NCBI GenBank assembly: GCA_027858455.1
Contig: JAQICQ010000027.1
Coordinates: forward strand, 1-44,267
Reading direction: 5' to 3'
Origin: Elusimicrobiota bacterium
GTDB taxonomy: Bacteria > CG03 > SLGR01 > JAGXOG01
DNA length: 44,267 nt
This document shows, piece after piece, positions 8,412-16,984 of the stretch. The notes under the pieces are model-generated. The model saw nothing but the letters and a program-made list of their open reading frames with translations. It was not told the origin of the DNA and made no database searches. Positions within the stretch are counted from its first letter, which is position 1. Each line of letters opens with the position of its first letter. Made by a program: the position numbers and the translations under genes.

Positions 8412-8933
8412 ATGAATGTAGAAAAAGCAATTAAGTTAAGGCAGAGTGTTAGAAAATATTCCGATAAAAAGATAGAAGAAGAGAAACTCATGAATGTTTT
8501 GGAAGCGGCGCGGCTTGCCCCGTCTGCTTCAAACAGGCAGGAATGGAGATTTGTCACGGTAAAAGAAGCTAAAATCCGCGAAGAGCTTTCTCGCGCGGCA
8601 AACCAGCAGATGGTAAAAGAAGCTCCGGTAGTTATTGTATGCTGCGCCGAAACTGACGGCCATCTTATGAGTTGCGGACAGAAATGTTATCCAATTGATG
8701 TTGCCATTGCAATTGACCACATGACTCTGCAGGCGGCAGAACTCGGACTGGGGACATGCTGGGTTGGCGCATTTAATGCCGACGAGGTTAAAAAAATTAT
8801 AGATATACCCGAAGATATAGAGGTTGTAGAGATGCTTGTTATAGGTTATCCGGAAGGCAAGTTTGAAATTGTTGATAAGCCGAGATTAAATATGAAAGAA
8901 ATTCGTCATAAAGAAAAATGGGGTAAACATTAA
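8412..8933 (+). CDS. Nitroreductase-family protein
   Basis: Has IKLRQSVRKYSDKKI, LEAARLAPSASNRQEWRF, LGTCWVGAF and the tail PRLNMKEI.H.EKW. Confidence 0.85.
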   Translation: MNVEKAIKLRQSVRKYSDKKIEEEKLMNVLEAARLAPSASNRQEWRFVTVKEAKIREELSRAANQQMVKEAPVVIVCCAETDGHLMSCGQKCYPIDVAIAIDHMTLQAAELGLGTCWVGAFNADEVKKIIDIPEDIEVVEMLVIGYPEGKFEIVDKPRLNMKEIRHKEKWGKH

Positions 8934-8946
8934 TAATAGTTAAAAT

Positions 8947-9621
8947 ATGGATGTGTCCTCTTTTATAGGTTATATACCCGCAGTCTATGCCGCAGGAGTA
9001 GTTACTAGTTTTACTCCGTGTGTATATCCGCTTATACCTGTGGTGGCAGGGGCAATTGGCGGAGCAACTGACAACAGATTAAAAGGGTTTTTGTTTTCTC
9101 TTGTATATGTTTCGGGTATGTCTGTTACATATGCAGTGCTTGGATTAACAGCGTCGCTTGCCGGGAAAATGTTTGGATTTACTTCTCAAAGTCCGTGGAT
9201 AAATATTTTAGTGGCGGCAATGCTAATACTCTTTGGATTGGCAATGCTTGATATAATTAAGCTGCCTCTTATAGGATTAAAAGAGTCCGGGGGAACTAAA
9301 TATTCAGGGACATGGATGGGTATACTTTTGTTGGGGATAGTATCGGGTCTTGTAGCAGCGCCGTGTGCAACTCCGGTGCTGGGAAGTATTCTCACTCTTG
9401 TAGCTGTTAATGTCAAAAATATGATCTCAGGGGCAATTCTTCTGTTTATCTATGGCTTTGGTTTAGGTACATTGCTCATATTTGTAGGTACTTTTTCCGG
9501 ATTGGCGTCTAATCTGCCAAAAAGCGGTCGATGGATGGATATTTTAAAAAAGATATTTGGTATAATGATTATTCTTGCCGGCCTGTATTTTCTTTTGTTC
9601 AAGGGCTTTCATCTGTTTTAA
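8947..9621 (+). CDS. ccdA: Cytochrome c biogenesis/thiol:disulfide electron transporter CcdA (DsbD membrane-domain family)
   Basis: Has SFTPCVYPLIPVV and a second APCATPVLG motif. The protein is 6 TM. Confidence 0.85.
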   Translation: MDVSSFIGYIPAVYAAGVVTSFTPCVYPLIPVVAGAIGGATDNRLKGFLFSLVYVSGMSVTYAVLGLTASLAGKMFGFTSQSPWINILVAAMLILFGLAMLDIIKLPLIGLKESGGTKYSGTWMGILLLGIVSGLVAAPCATPVLGSILTLVAVNVKNMISGAILLFIYGFGLGTLLIFVGTFSGLASNLPKSGRWMDILKKIFGIMIILAGLYFLLFKGFHLF

Positions 9622-9718
9622 TACTATAGAAATTTCCTTTTCCTATAGTATTGATTAGGGATAAAGCGAGTGTGCTTAGCCTGAGAAACAACCATTTAGG
9701 TTGTTTCTGGAACGAGTG

Positions 9719-9764
9719 TGCTCGAGCTGAAAAACGACACATTGGTGTCCTTTTTTTGGGCGCC
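9719..9764. repeat. 46-bp internal direct repeat, copy 1 (hairpin AAAAACGACAC-ATTG-GTGTCCTTTTT)
   Basis: TGCTCGAGCTGAAAAACGACACATTGGTGTCCTTTTTTTGGGCGCC is compared with the copy at 9971-10016. There are about 4 mismatches. Confidence 0.85.
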
Positions 9765-9970
9765 CTCACACGAGCGGCTTCGCAAGGGAAAGAATCTGCT
9801 TTCCCTTATGGGGATGAAGGAACGAACGCATGCGTAAGCATGAAGCAGAGAGTAACTGAATGAGATACAGTGGAAAAAATACCTAAATGGTATTTTTGTA
9901 ACGCCAGAGGGATGAGGGAGCGAACGCTGCTAAATGCAGGAGGAGAGAGCGACCGAATAAAAAGAGTTCT

Positions 9971-10016
9971 TGCTCAGGCTGAAAAACGACACATTGGTGT
10001 CCTTTTTCCGGGCGCC
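9971..10016. repeat. 46-bp internal direct repeat, copy 2
   Basis: The sequence is TGCTCAGGCTGAAAAACGACACATTGGTGTCCTTTTTCCGGGCGCC. This repeat explains the shared peptide AEKRHIGVLF in the two spurious ORFs 9651-9863 and 9870-10058. Confidence 0.85.
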
Positions 10017-10088
10017 TTCGCACCCTATGGAAGTTACGCATGCTTTAGTATGCGCTAACTTAATTTTGGGATTGGAAAAGACCTGCAG

Positions 10089-10117
10089 TTGAAAACGGAC
10101 AGTTAATTTATTATAAA
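10089..10117 (+). promoter_or_regulatory. Putative sigma70-type promoter for tRNA(CAT)
   Basis: TTGAAA (10089-10094), a 17-nt spacer and TATAAA (10112-10117) lie about 18 nt upstream of the mature tRNA 5' end. Confidence 0.5.
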
Positions 10118-10134
10118 CTATGAAAGAGTTTAGT

Positions 10135-10211
10135 GGCGGAGTAGCTCAGGTGGTTAGAGCAGCGGAATCATAATCCGCGTGTCGGGGGTTCGAGTCCCTC
10201 CTCCGCTACCA
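10135..10211 (+). tRNA. tRNA with CAT anticodon: elongator Met or Ile2 (lysidine) type, not initiator
   Basis: A 77-nt cloverleaf was folded by hand: GGCGGAG TA GCTC AGGTGGTTA GAGC A GCGGA ATCATAA TCCGC GTGTC GGGGG TTCGAGT CCCTC CTCCGCT A CCA. CCA is encoded. The anticodon stem lacks the initiator GGG/CCC. Position 1:72 is a G-U pair. Confidence 0.9.
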
Positions 10212-10245
10212 TTAAGATTATTTTATTGATGCAGTAATTATTTAA

Positions 10246-10414
10246 ATACTATAGGAGTTTCCTTTTCCTATAGTATTGATTAGGGATAATAAGGGAAAGA
10301 ATCTGCTTTCCCTTATGGGTGACAGTGGAAAAAATACCTAAATGGTATTTTTGTAACGCCAAAGGGGCATTAGCCCCTATGGAAGTTACGCATGCTTTAG
10401 CATGCGCTAACTTA
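10246..10414. repeat. Compact copy (169 bp) of the mosaic multi-hairpin repeat, downstream of tRNA(CAT)
   Basis: Modules A (10246-10289, 2 mismatches to the left copy), B (10291-10319, identical), C (10322-10361, identical) and D (10376-10414, 1 mismatch) are almost contiguous. A private hairpin AGGGGC-ATTA-GCCCCT sits between C and D. Confidence 0.85.
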
Positions 10415-10424
10415 AAGAGAACAA

Positions 10425-10901
10425 ATGCGAAATTTTAAATTATTAATAGTGGTTTTGATTTTGTCAGCTATATCTTATGGCTGCAAGCAGGCGGGTCTTT
10501 CAGATTACAGTACGCCCGAAGGGACTTATAAGACTTATCTTAAACAGGCAAAGACTTTGAGAGTAGTTGCCGACCACCGCTATTACCGCCGGGCGATAAG
10601 ATGTTTTACAGAAGAAAACCGTGACTGGTTTGAAGAAAAATATGATTCTATTTCATGTGACAAAGAGCCCGGTGTCTATGGCAATCTTTACAGGACAAAA
10701 AAGTATGCTTATGTCTTCGGCCGTTCGGTTGTTCCCGCCGGCCCTTCGCCTGAGAACGAAGAATACTCCGTTAATCGTATTTCTGACGATTCTGCGGCCA
10801 TTACGATTTCCGGATATGAAAATGACGTTAATTTTGTAAAAGTTGGAGGTTCTTGGAAAATAACAGATTTGTTCGGAGTTAAAAAATCTTTAAAAGATTA
10901 A
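10425..10901 (+). CDS. Hypothetical lipoprotein
   Basis: Has a signal peptide with lipobox (LSAISYGC). No family was recognised. Confidence 0.6.
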   Translation: MRNFKLLIVVLILSAISYGCKQAGLSDYSTPEGTYKTYLKQAKTLRVVADHRYYRRAIRCFTEENRDWFEEKYDSISCDKEPGVYGNLYRTKKYAYVFGRSVVPAGPSPENEEYSVNRISDDSAAITISGYENDVNFVKVGGSWKITDLFGVKKSLKD

Positions 10902-10928
10902 AAGCATCAGTATTATGCTTGTTTTCTC

Positions 10929-12293
10929 ATGAATAGAGCGGTTCAAAAAGTCCTGCACTCCGCCGATTTTAACAGCCCACTCGTATTAGCGGTATCCGGC
11001 GGTAAAGACTCTGTTTCCATGCTTGACATGGTTATGAAATTTGCAAAAAAGTTCAAATTCCCTCCGGAAATAGTACATTTCAATCATGGTTTAAGAGAGG
11101 AAAGCAAAGAAGAAGAAGGGTTTATCAGGTCTCTTGGCGATAATTATAAAATTAAAGTTAAAATATTTAAATTAAATACTCTTGAATTTAAAAACCAAAA
11201 TAAACTTTCAACCGAAGAGGCCGCGCGTCAACTCAGGTATCAGATGTTGGCGAACTATACCGCCGGTAAAGATAATCCAGGGTATATATATACCGGACAT
11301 AACGCGGGGGATCAGGCAGAAACCCTGCTTTTTAGAGTTATTACCGGCACCGGCAGAACCGGTTTGACGGGGATAAGGGACAGCCTGACTCTTGATTCCG
11401 GATGGAAAGTTAAAAGGCCGTTGCTGGATATTACACCAGAAGAAATCAGCGACTATGCCGAATCCAATAACCTTAAATATGTTATTGATAAAAGTAACTT
11501 TGATGAATCAATTCCCAGGAATTATATAAGAAAAAGAATAGTGCCTCTCTTAAAAAACTTAAATCCGGCTGCGGAGAAGAATATTAAAAAACTTACAGAC
11601 ATATTGAAGTCAGAGGAAGATTTTTTAAGTGCAGAGTTCAAAAATAAATTCAAAGAGGCTAAAATAAGACGGGAAGGCGATAAAACATACATTGAATTAA
11701 ATTCCATTATTAGTTATAATAAGTGGATACAAAGAAGATTGATACGTAAAGTGTCTCCGGTAGTTCTTGATTATGACCGTATAAATTCCATTGAAAAGTT
11801 AATAACCAAAGGGGGAGCTTCCCGGTATATTGATATAGGAGAAGGATGGAAAGCCCGGAAGGTTTACGGCCGGCTTGTTTTTGAAAAAAGTCTGCCTGAA
11901 TTTAAGGATTTTTTTTACAAGCTGAAGCCGGGGAAGAAATTAGATATCAGTCCCGCCGGAATAATTTTAAAAGCTCTTGAAACAAGCCCCGAAAATATTG
12001 ATTATACCGAGGAGAATACAGAATATTTTGATATGGGTCGGATAGATCCGGATAATATATGGGTCAGGTCCCGAAAAGACGGAGACAGAATGAGCCTGTT
12101 CGGGATGAAGGGCACAAAAAAAATAAAGGACATCTGTATTGATTTAAAACTTAATTTAGAAGAGAGAAATGATCTCTTAATAATAGGATCGGAAAATAAA
12201 ATAATGTGGGCCGCGCCCTGCAGGCGTTCGGCAACGGCCCCTGTAGCTAAAAATACCGGGAGGATACTTAAAATAGTTTATGAAAGAGGATAA
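10929..12293 (+). CDS. tilS: tRNA(Ile)-lysidine synthase
   Basis: Has the PP-loop LAVSGGKDSVSML, GHNAGDQAETLLFR, and the C-terminal TilS domain (R.R..GDR......G.KK.K....D.K.......P). Confidence 0.9.
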   Translation: MNRAVQKVLHSADFNSPLVLAVSGGKDSVSMLDMVMKFAKKFKFPPEIVHFNHGLREESKEEEGFIRSLGDNYKIKVKIFKLNTLEFKNQNKLSTEEAARQLRYQMLANYTAGKDNPGYIYTGHNAGDQAETLLFRVITGTGRTGLTGIRDSLTLDSGWKVKRPLLDITPEEISDYAESNNLKYVIDKSNFDESIPRNYIRKRIVPLLKNLNPAAEKNIKKLTDILKSEEDFLSAEFKNKFKEAKIRREGDKTYIELNSIISYNKWIQRRLIRKVSPVVLDYDRINSIEKLITKGGASRYIDIGEGWKARKVYGRLVFEKSLPEFKDFFYKLKPGKKLDISPAGIILKALETSPENIDYTEENTEYFDMGRIDPDNIWVRSRKDGDRMSLFGMKGTKKIKDICIDLKLNLEERNDLLIIGSENKIMWAAPCRRSATAPVAKNTGRILKIVYERG

Positions 12294-12843
12294 TATAAGA
12301 AATGATATAAGTGAGAAGCTGATTACCAGGGAAGAGTTAAATTCTAAAGTTAAAGAACTTGCCGCCCGGATTAATAATGATTATAAAGGTAAAAAACCCG
12401 TAATGGTGTCAATTCTTAAAGGCAGTATAGTTTTTCTGTCCGAGCTTATGAAGCATATAACCATAGAGAGTTCTATAGATTTTATTGCGGTTTCTTCTTA
12501 TCAGGGGGGCACTCAGTCTACTGGTATAGTTAAAATGATAATGGATTTAAGGGAGAGCATTGAAGGAAGGAATGTCCTGCTGGTTGAGGATATAGTTGAT
12601 ACTGGGCTGACCGTAGCTTACTTAAGGGATAATCTTAAAACTCGGCGGCCCGCAAGCTTAAAGCTTTGTACGCTTTTAAATAAACCGGCTAATATGGAAA
12701 TAGATATAAAAATGGATTATTTAGGGTTCAAAATTCCGGATAAATTTGTTGTGGGTTACGGACTTGATTATCAGGAAAAGTACAGGAATTTACCTTTTAT
12801 AGGAACTTTGAAGCCGGAAATATACAGGAAAAAAATTAAATGA
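12280..12843 (+). CDS. hpt: Hypoxanthine phosphoribosyltransferase
   Basis: Has the PRPP loop VLLVEDIVDTGLT, KGS..F...L and VVGYGLDY.EKYRNLP. It sits in the conserved tilS-hpt-ftsH order. Confidence 0.9.
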   Translation: MKEDNIRNDISEKLITREELNSKVKELAARINNDYKGKKPVMVSILKGSIVFLSELMKHITIESSIDFIAVSSYQGGTQSTGIVKMIMDLRESIEGRNVLLVEDIVDTGLTVAYLRDNLKTRRPASLKLCTLLNKPANMEIDIKMDYLGFKIPDKFVVGYGLDYQEKYRNLPFIGTLKPEIYRKKIK

Positions 12844-14816
12844 CAAAGCCGAAGAACAATAATAAAAACAAAATTTTTAAAAGTTTATCTTTTTGGGTAT
12901 TTATATTTATTGGAGCCATACTCATATCTAATTATGTAAGCAACAGGGAAAAACCTAAGGAAATCACATACAGTGATTTTCGGATTAAACTTCAATCCGG
13001 AAGGGTTAGAAAAGCTAAAGTGGGCAATGAAAAAATATCCGGAACTTATACCGACGCAGCCGGCAATGCGGTTGAGTTTGAAACAATTACGGTCACGGAT
13101 CCGGATCTTGTAAAAGAGTTACAGGAATCCGGCGTAGTTTACGAAGGAGAAATTTCAGAGGGTTGGTTAAAGATGCTGATATTTAACTTCGGCCCGATAC
13201 TACTTTTTATCGTAATATGGTTTGTCATAATAAACCAGATGCGTTCCGGGGGTAAAAGCGCAATGAAATTCGGCAAGTCAAAGGCGAAACTTAACATAAA
13301 GTCAAAAGATAAGAAAGACATCACATTTAATGATGTTGCAGGGGTAGAGGAATCCAAGGAAGAACTTGAGGAAATTATAGAATTCTTAAGAAATCCAAAG
13401 AAATTTACCAAGCTCGGTGCCGAAATCCCTAAAGGTGTGCTTTTATACGGTGCGCCCGGTACTGGAAAGACACTTCTTGCAAAAGCCGTTGCCGGCGAAG
13501 CCGATGTGCCGTTTTTTTCTACTTCGGGCAGTGAGTTTGTGCAAATGTTTGTCGGGGTGGGAGCTTCAAGAATAAGAGACCTTTTTGACAAGGGAAGGAA
13601 AAACGCGCCGTGTCTTTTGTTTATTGACGAGTTGGATGCGGTAGGCCAAAAAAGGTTTTCCGGTGTGGGAGGTGGGAATGACGAGCGTGAGCAGACATTA
13701 AATCAGATGTTAACTGAACTTGACGGATTTGACGCTCGGGAAGGAGTTATCCTTATAGGGGCTACAAATAGACCGGATGTGCTTGATAAAGCGCTTCTGA
13801 GAAAAGGCAGATTTGACCGGTTGATATCGGTACTCAATCCGGATGTCGGGGAGAGAGAAGAGATACTTAAACTTCACGGCAAAAAGGTTAAACTTTCCGA
13901 TGAGATTGATTTTGAACTGATTGCCCGCCGGACTCCGGGATTTGTGGGCAGCGACCTTGCCAATATAGTTAACGAGGGTGCTCTCTTGGCCGCCCGTGAA
14001 GGCAAGAAAAAAGTAAATATGCATCACATTGAAGAGGCTGTAGACAGAGTTATCGCCGGACCGGAAAAGAAAAGCAGGGTTATCTCCGATGAAGAGAAGA
14101 AAAAAATTGCCTACCATGAATCCGGACATACCCTGGTCGCATTAAATTTAAAGTATGCTGACCCTGTGCATAAAGTTTCTATATTATCTCGCGGACCTGC
14201 TCTTGGATATACGCTCCAACTGCCTCTGGAAGACCGGTATCTTACTTCCGAAGAAGAAATTCTTGATAAACTCAGTGTATTATTAGCCGGACGGGCAGCC
14301 GAAGAGCTTATATTTAATTCTAAAACTACCGGAGCTCAAAACGATCTCAGAAAATCCACTGAAATGGCCTATAAGCTTGTCACTGAATTCGGTATGAGCG
14401 CTGAACTCGGCCCTCTTGCTTTCCAAAGGGACAGGGAAAATATGTTTTTAGGCAAAGACCTTTCTCAGGGGAGAGAATATTCAGAAAAAACAGCTCAGCT
14501 TATTGATGAAGGGGTATTAAAAATAATTAAAAAAGCTCATAAAAAAGCCAGGGACGTACTTGAAAAAAACAGAGATGTGCTTATAAAACTTGCCGAGGAG
14601 CTGATAGTTAAAGAGATTATAGAGTCCGACGAAATTAAAAAAATTGTAGGTATAGATTATAAGACCCATAAGACGAAAAAAACCTTAAAATCCAAAGAGG
14701 GCAAAAAGAAAAAAGAGAACAAAGAAGATAAAGAAGCAAAAAAGAACAGAGAAACAAAAAAAATGGCGGAAAAAAAGAAAAAAGATGAAGAAAAACCAGA
14801 TAAAAAAAGCAGTTAA
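12840..14816 (+). CDS. ftsH: ATP-dependent zinc metalloprotease FtsH, with a Lys-rich C-terminal tail
   Basis: Has Walker A ([18 protein letters not shown]), Walker B (LFIDELDA), SRH ([20 protein letters not shown]) and the zinc site (HESGH). Confidence 0.97.
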   Translation: MTKPKNNNKNKIFKSLSFWVFIFIGAILISNYVSNREKPKEITYSDFRIKLQSGRVRKAKVGNEKISGTYTDAAGNAVEFETITVTDPDLVKELQESGVVYEGEISEGWLKMLIFNFGPILLFIVIWFVIINQMRSGGKSAMKFGKSKAKLNIKSKDKKDITFNDVAGVEESKEELEEIIEFLRNPKKFTKLGAEIPKGVLLYGAPGTGKTLLAKAVAGEADVPFFSTSGSEFVQMFVGVGASRIRDLFDKGRKNAPCLLFIDELDAVGQKRFSGVGGGNDEREQTLNQMLTELDGFDAREGVILIGATNRPDVLDKALLRKGRFDRLISVLNPDVGEREEILKLHGKKVKLSDEIDFELIARRTPGFVGSDLANIVNEGALLAAREGKKKVNMHHIEEAVDRVIAGPEKKSRVISDEEKKKIAYHESGHTLVALNLKYADPVHKVSILSRGPALGYTLQLPLEDRYLTSEEEILDKLSVLLAGRAAEELIFNSKTTGAQNDLRKSTEMAYKLVTEFGMSAELGPLAFQRDRENMFLGKDLSQGREYSEKTAQLIDEGVLKIIKKAHKKARDVLEKNRDVLIKLAEELIVKEIIESDEIKKIVGIDYKTHKTKKTLKSKEGKKKKENKEDKEAKKNRETKKMAEKKKKDEEKPDKKSS

Positions 14817-15345
14817 AGTTTTTTTAGATGCTATAGGCGAAAATCCCGACCGTGAAGGACTTAAGGATACCCCTGATCGTGTGGCAAGGATGTGTGAAGA
14901 AATTTTTTCGTCGTATGAAAGTCAGCCGGTATCGCCGCCTGTTTATTTCAGGGCAGAAAAATATTCCGAGATCATACTTGTTAAAGATATAGATTTTCAT
15001 TCGGTATGCGAACACCATCTTTTACCTTTTTACGGCAAGGCTCATGTTGCCTATATTCCGTCGGAAGGTAATGTCACGGGGCTTTCAAAAATAGCACGGC
15101 TTGTAGATTCGGTTTCAAATAGGTTGCAGCTTCAGGAAACTCTTACTGAGGTAGTGGCTGATTCTATGATGGAAAATCTAAATCCGCTGGGAGCTATGGT
15201 TGTAATTGAGGCTCAGCATCTTTGTATGATAATGAGAGGAATAAAAAAGCCCGGGTCAAAAGTCATAACCTCTGCGATGAGGGGGGTTTTTCTTAAAGAT
15301 GCGCGCACCCGTGCGGAAGCGTTGTCGCTTATAAAGCAGGACTGA
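14785..15345 (+). CDS. folE: GTP cyclohydrolase I
   Basis: Has [39 protein letters not shown] and EAQHLCM.MRG. The start lies 32 nt inside the ftsH tail. Confidence 0.93.
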   Translation: MKKNQIKKAVKVFLDAIGENPDREGLKDTPDRVARMCEEIFSSYESQPVSPPVYFRAEKYSEIILVKDIDFHSVCEHHLLPFYGKAHVAYIPSEGNVTGLSKIARLVDSVSNRLQLQETLTEVVADSMMENLNPLGAMVVIEAQHLCMIMRGIKKPGSKVITSAMRGVFLKDARTRAEALSLIKQD

Positions 15346-15359
15346 TATAGAATAGTTTT

Positions 15360-16181
15360 ATGAAAGCAGGTGATATCATCCCGACCGGTTGCGGAGTTAT
15401 GGGGATACTCAATGTCACTCCTGATTCATTTTATGACGGTGGCAAATATAACGAGACTGACGCCGCAGTTAAAAGAGCGTTTAAAATGTGGGAAGACGGA
15501 GCTGATATTATAGATATTGGCGGTCAGTCGACCCGGCCGGGAAGTAAGCCTGTCAGTATAGAATGTGAAAGAGAAAGAGTAGTTCCGGTAATAAAAAAAA
15601 TAAAAGGTTTGGGGAAAAAGATATTGATTTCATGTGATACCTCAAGGCCTGAAATTGCCCGCGAGGCGCTTGAAAGCGGCGCCGTTATGATAAATGATGT
15701 TACTGGGTTTGAAAACAAAAAAATGAGAGTTACAGCTGCAGAGCATAAGGCGTCAATAGTTATTATGCACATGCAGGGTGATCCTGAAACTATGCAGGAT
15801 AAACCAGAATACAATGATGTTCTTAAAGAAGTTAAACATTTTTTATACAAACGCGCCGACCTTTGTATAAGAGAGGGAATTAAAAAAGAAAACATAGTTA
15901 TAGATCCCGGTATAGGTTTCGGCAAGAGCAGGGAAGACAACCTTAAAATACTTGCAAATACAGAGTATTTTGCAAATGATTACCCTGTGCTGATAGGGGC
16001 TTCCCGTAAATCTTTTCTGAAAGATTTATTAGGGATTGAAGTTAAAGAGAGACTGGCCGGTTCACTGGCGGTTGCCGGGTATTGCTCGTTCCGCAGGGTA
16101 GGGATGGTCAGGGTGCACGATGTAAAGGAGACGGTTGAAACTATTTCTGTAACAGAGGAGTTAATTAAAAGAAAATTATGA
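15360..16181 (+). CDS. folP: Dihydropteroate synthase
   Basis: Has MGILNVTPDSFYDGG, DIGGQSTRPG, DPGIGFGK and GASRKSF. Confidence 0.93.
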   Translation: MKAGDIIPTGCGVMGILNVTPDSFYDGGKYNETDAAVKRAFKMWEDGADIIDIGGQSTRPGSKPVSIECERERVVPVIKKIKGLGKKILISCDTSRPEIAREALESGAVMINDVTGFENKKMRVTAAEHKASIVIMHMQGDPETMQDKPEYNDVLKEVKHFLYKRADLCIREGIKKENIVIDPGIGFGKSREDNLKILANTEYFANDYPVLIGASRKSFLKDLLGIEVKERLAGSLAVAGYCSFRRVGMVRVHDVKETVETISVTEELIKRKL

Positions 16182-16984
16182 CTGAGATATTACAGTTGTT
16201 AAAAGTTGTATGGTCAAATTATATTAGGCATATACTGGATATACTTTTAAGTGCATTTATTTTATATAAACTTTTTAATCTTATCAGGGGGACCCGCTCG
16301 ATTCAGGTCTTAAAAGGCATAATTTTACTTCTCATATCTACGGTTGTAGCCGACCTTCTGGGTTTTGTTCTCATAAGCTGGGTTTTAAAGTGGTTCTGGG
16401 TAGCCGGCGCAGTTGCTCTTGTAATTGTTTTTCAGCCCGAGCTTAGAAGTTTTCTGGCCCACCTGGGTTCCGGTAAGCTTACCCGGATAATAATGAAGGG
16501 TAAAGTTGAATTTATTGAAGAGGTCATAAAAAGCATAAAAGAAATATCCCGTAAAGGGCACGGAGCGCTGATAGTATTTGAGCAGGATACCGGCTTGAGA
16601 AACTATATTGAATCAGGCATTGGAATAAATGCGGAAGTTACGGCAGAACTTTTAGAGACCGTATTTACCCCCCGCACACCTTTGCACGACGGCGCTGTTA
16701 TCCTTTCGGGGGACCGCATAGTCGCGGCAGGATGCATCCTGCCTTTAACCCATAACCCTTCTATGTCTAAGGTGATAGGAACCCGCCATCGCGCGGCGGT
16801 CGGGCTAAGCGAAGTTTCTGATGCTATTGTCTGTATAGTATCGGAGGAGACCGGAGAATATTCTCTTGCTCATGAGGGTTCGCTTAACAAGGGGATGGAG
16901 CTGGCCGATATCAAAAAGAAACTTCTTGATTATTACAGGGAGAGTGTCGCAGAGAAATCAATTAAATTGGGTGGTAAAGCTTGA
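16178..16984 (+). CDS. cdaA: Diadenylate cyclase (membrane-anchored CdaA/DacA type)
   Basis: Has 3 N-terminal TM helices and a DisA_N domain with GALIVFE, PLHDGAVIL and GTRHRAAVGLSE.SDA...VSEETG. Confidence 0.9.
   Translation: MTEILQLLKVVWSNYIRHILDILLSAFILYKLFNLIRGTRSIQVLKGIILLLISTVVADLLGFVLISWVLKWFWVAGAVALVIVFQPELRSFLAHLGSGKLTRIIMKGKVEFIEEVIKSIKEISRKGHGALIVFEQDTGLRNYIESGIGINAEVTAELLETVFTPRTPLHDGAVILSGDRIVAAGCILPLTHNPSMSKVIGTRHRAAVGLSEVSDAIVCIVSEETGEYSLAHEGSLNKGMELADIKKKLLDYYRESVAEKSIKLGGKA

Larger units (their letters stand above)
9621..10062. repeat. Expanded copy (442 bp) of a mosaic multi-hairpin repeat, upstream of tRNA(CAT)
   Basis: Four modules are shared with the copy at 10246-10414, in the same order: A 9621-9664, B 9784-9812, C 9867-9906 and D 10024-10062. 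They are separated by three inserts of 119, 54 and 117 nt. Nearly every module is a hairpin. Confidence 0.85.

Noticed and set aside
9651-10058. Two track ORFs (9651-9863, 70 aa; 9870-10058, 62 aa) sharing the peptide AEKRHIGVLF.GA
   Set aside because: The shared peptide comes from the 46-bp DNA repeat. Both ORFs lie entirely in hairpin-rich repeat modules, use alternative start codons (TTG at 9651, GTG at 9870) and have no RBS. Their amino-acid composition (many C, R, G and stop-adjacent residues) is unlike that of the neighbouring proteins.
10063-10245. Direct repeats flanking the tRNA as attL/attR of an integrated element
   Set aside because: Only 183 bp lie between the repeat copies, holding the promoter and the tRNA. 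There is no integrase or cargo. The repeats are composite hairpin mosaics rather than a duplicated tRNA 3' end.
9621-10414. Possible CRISPR array
   Set aside because: The repeated modules differ from each other in sequence and length (29-46 bp). They occur only twice each and are not separated by regular unique spacers. No cas genes or leader are present.
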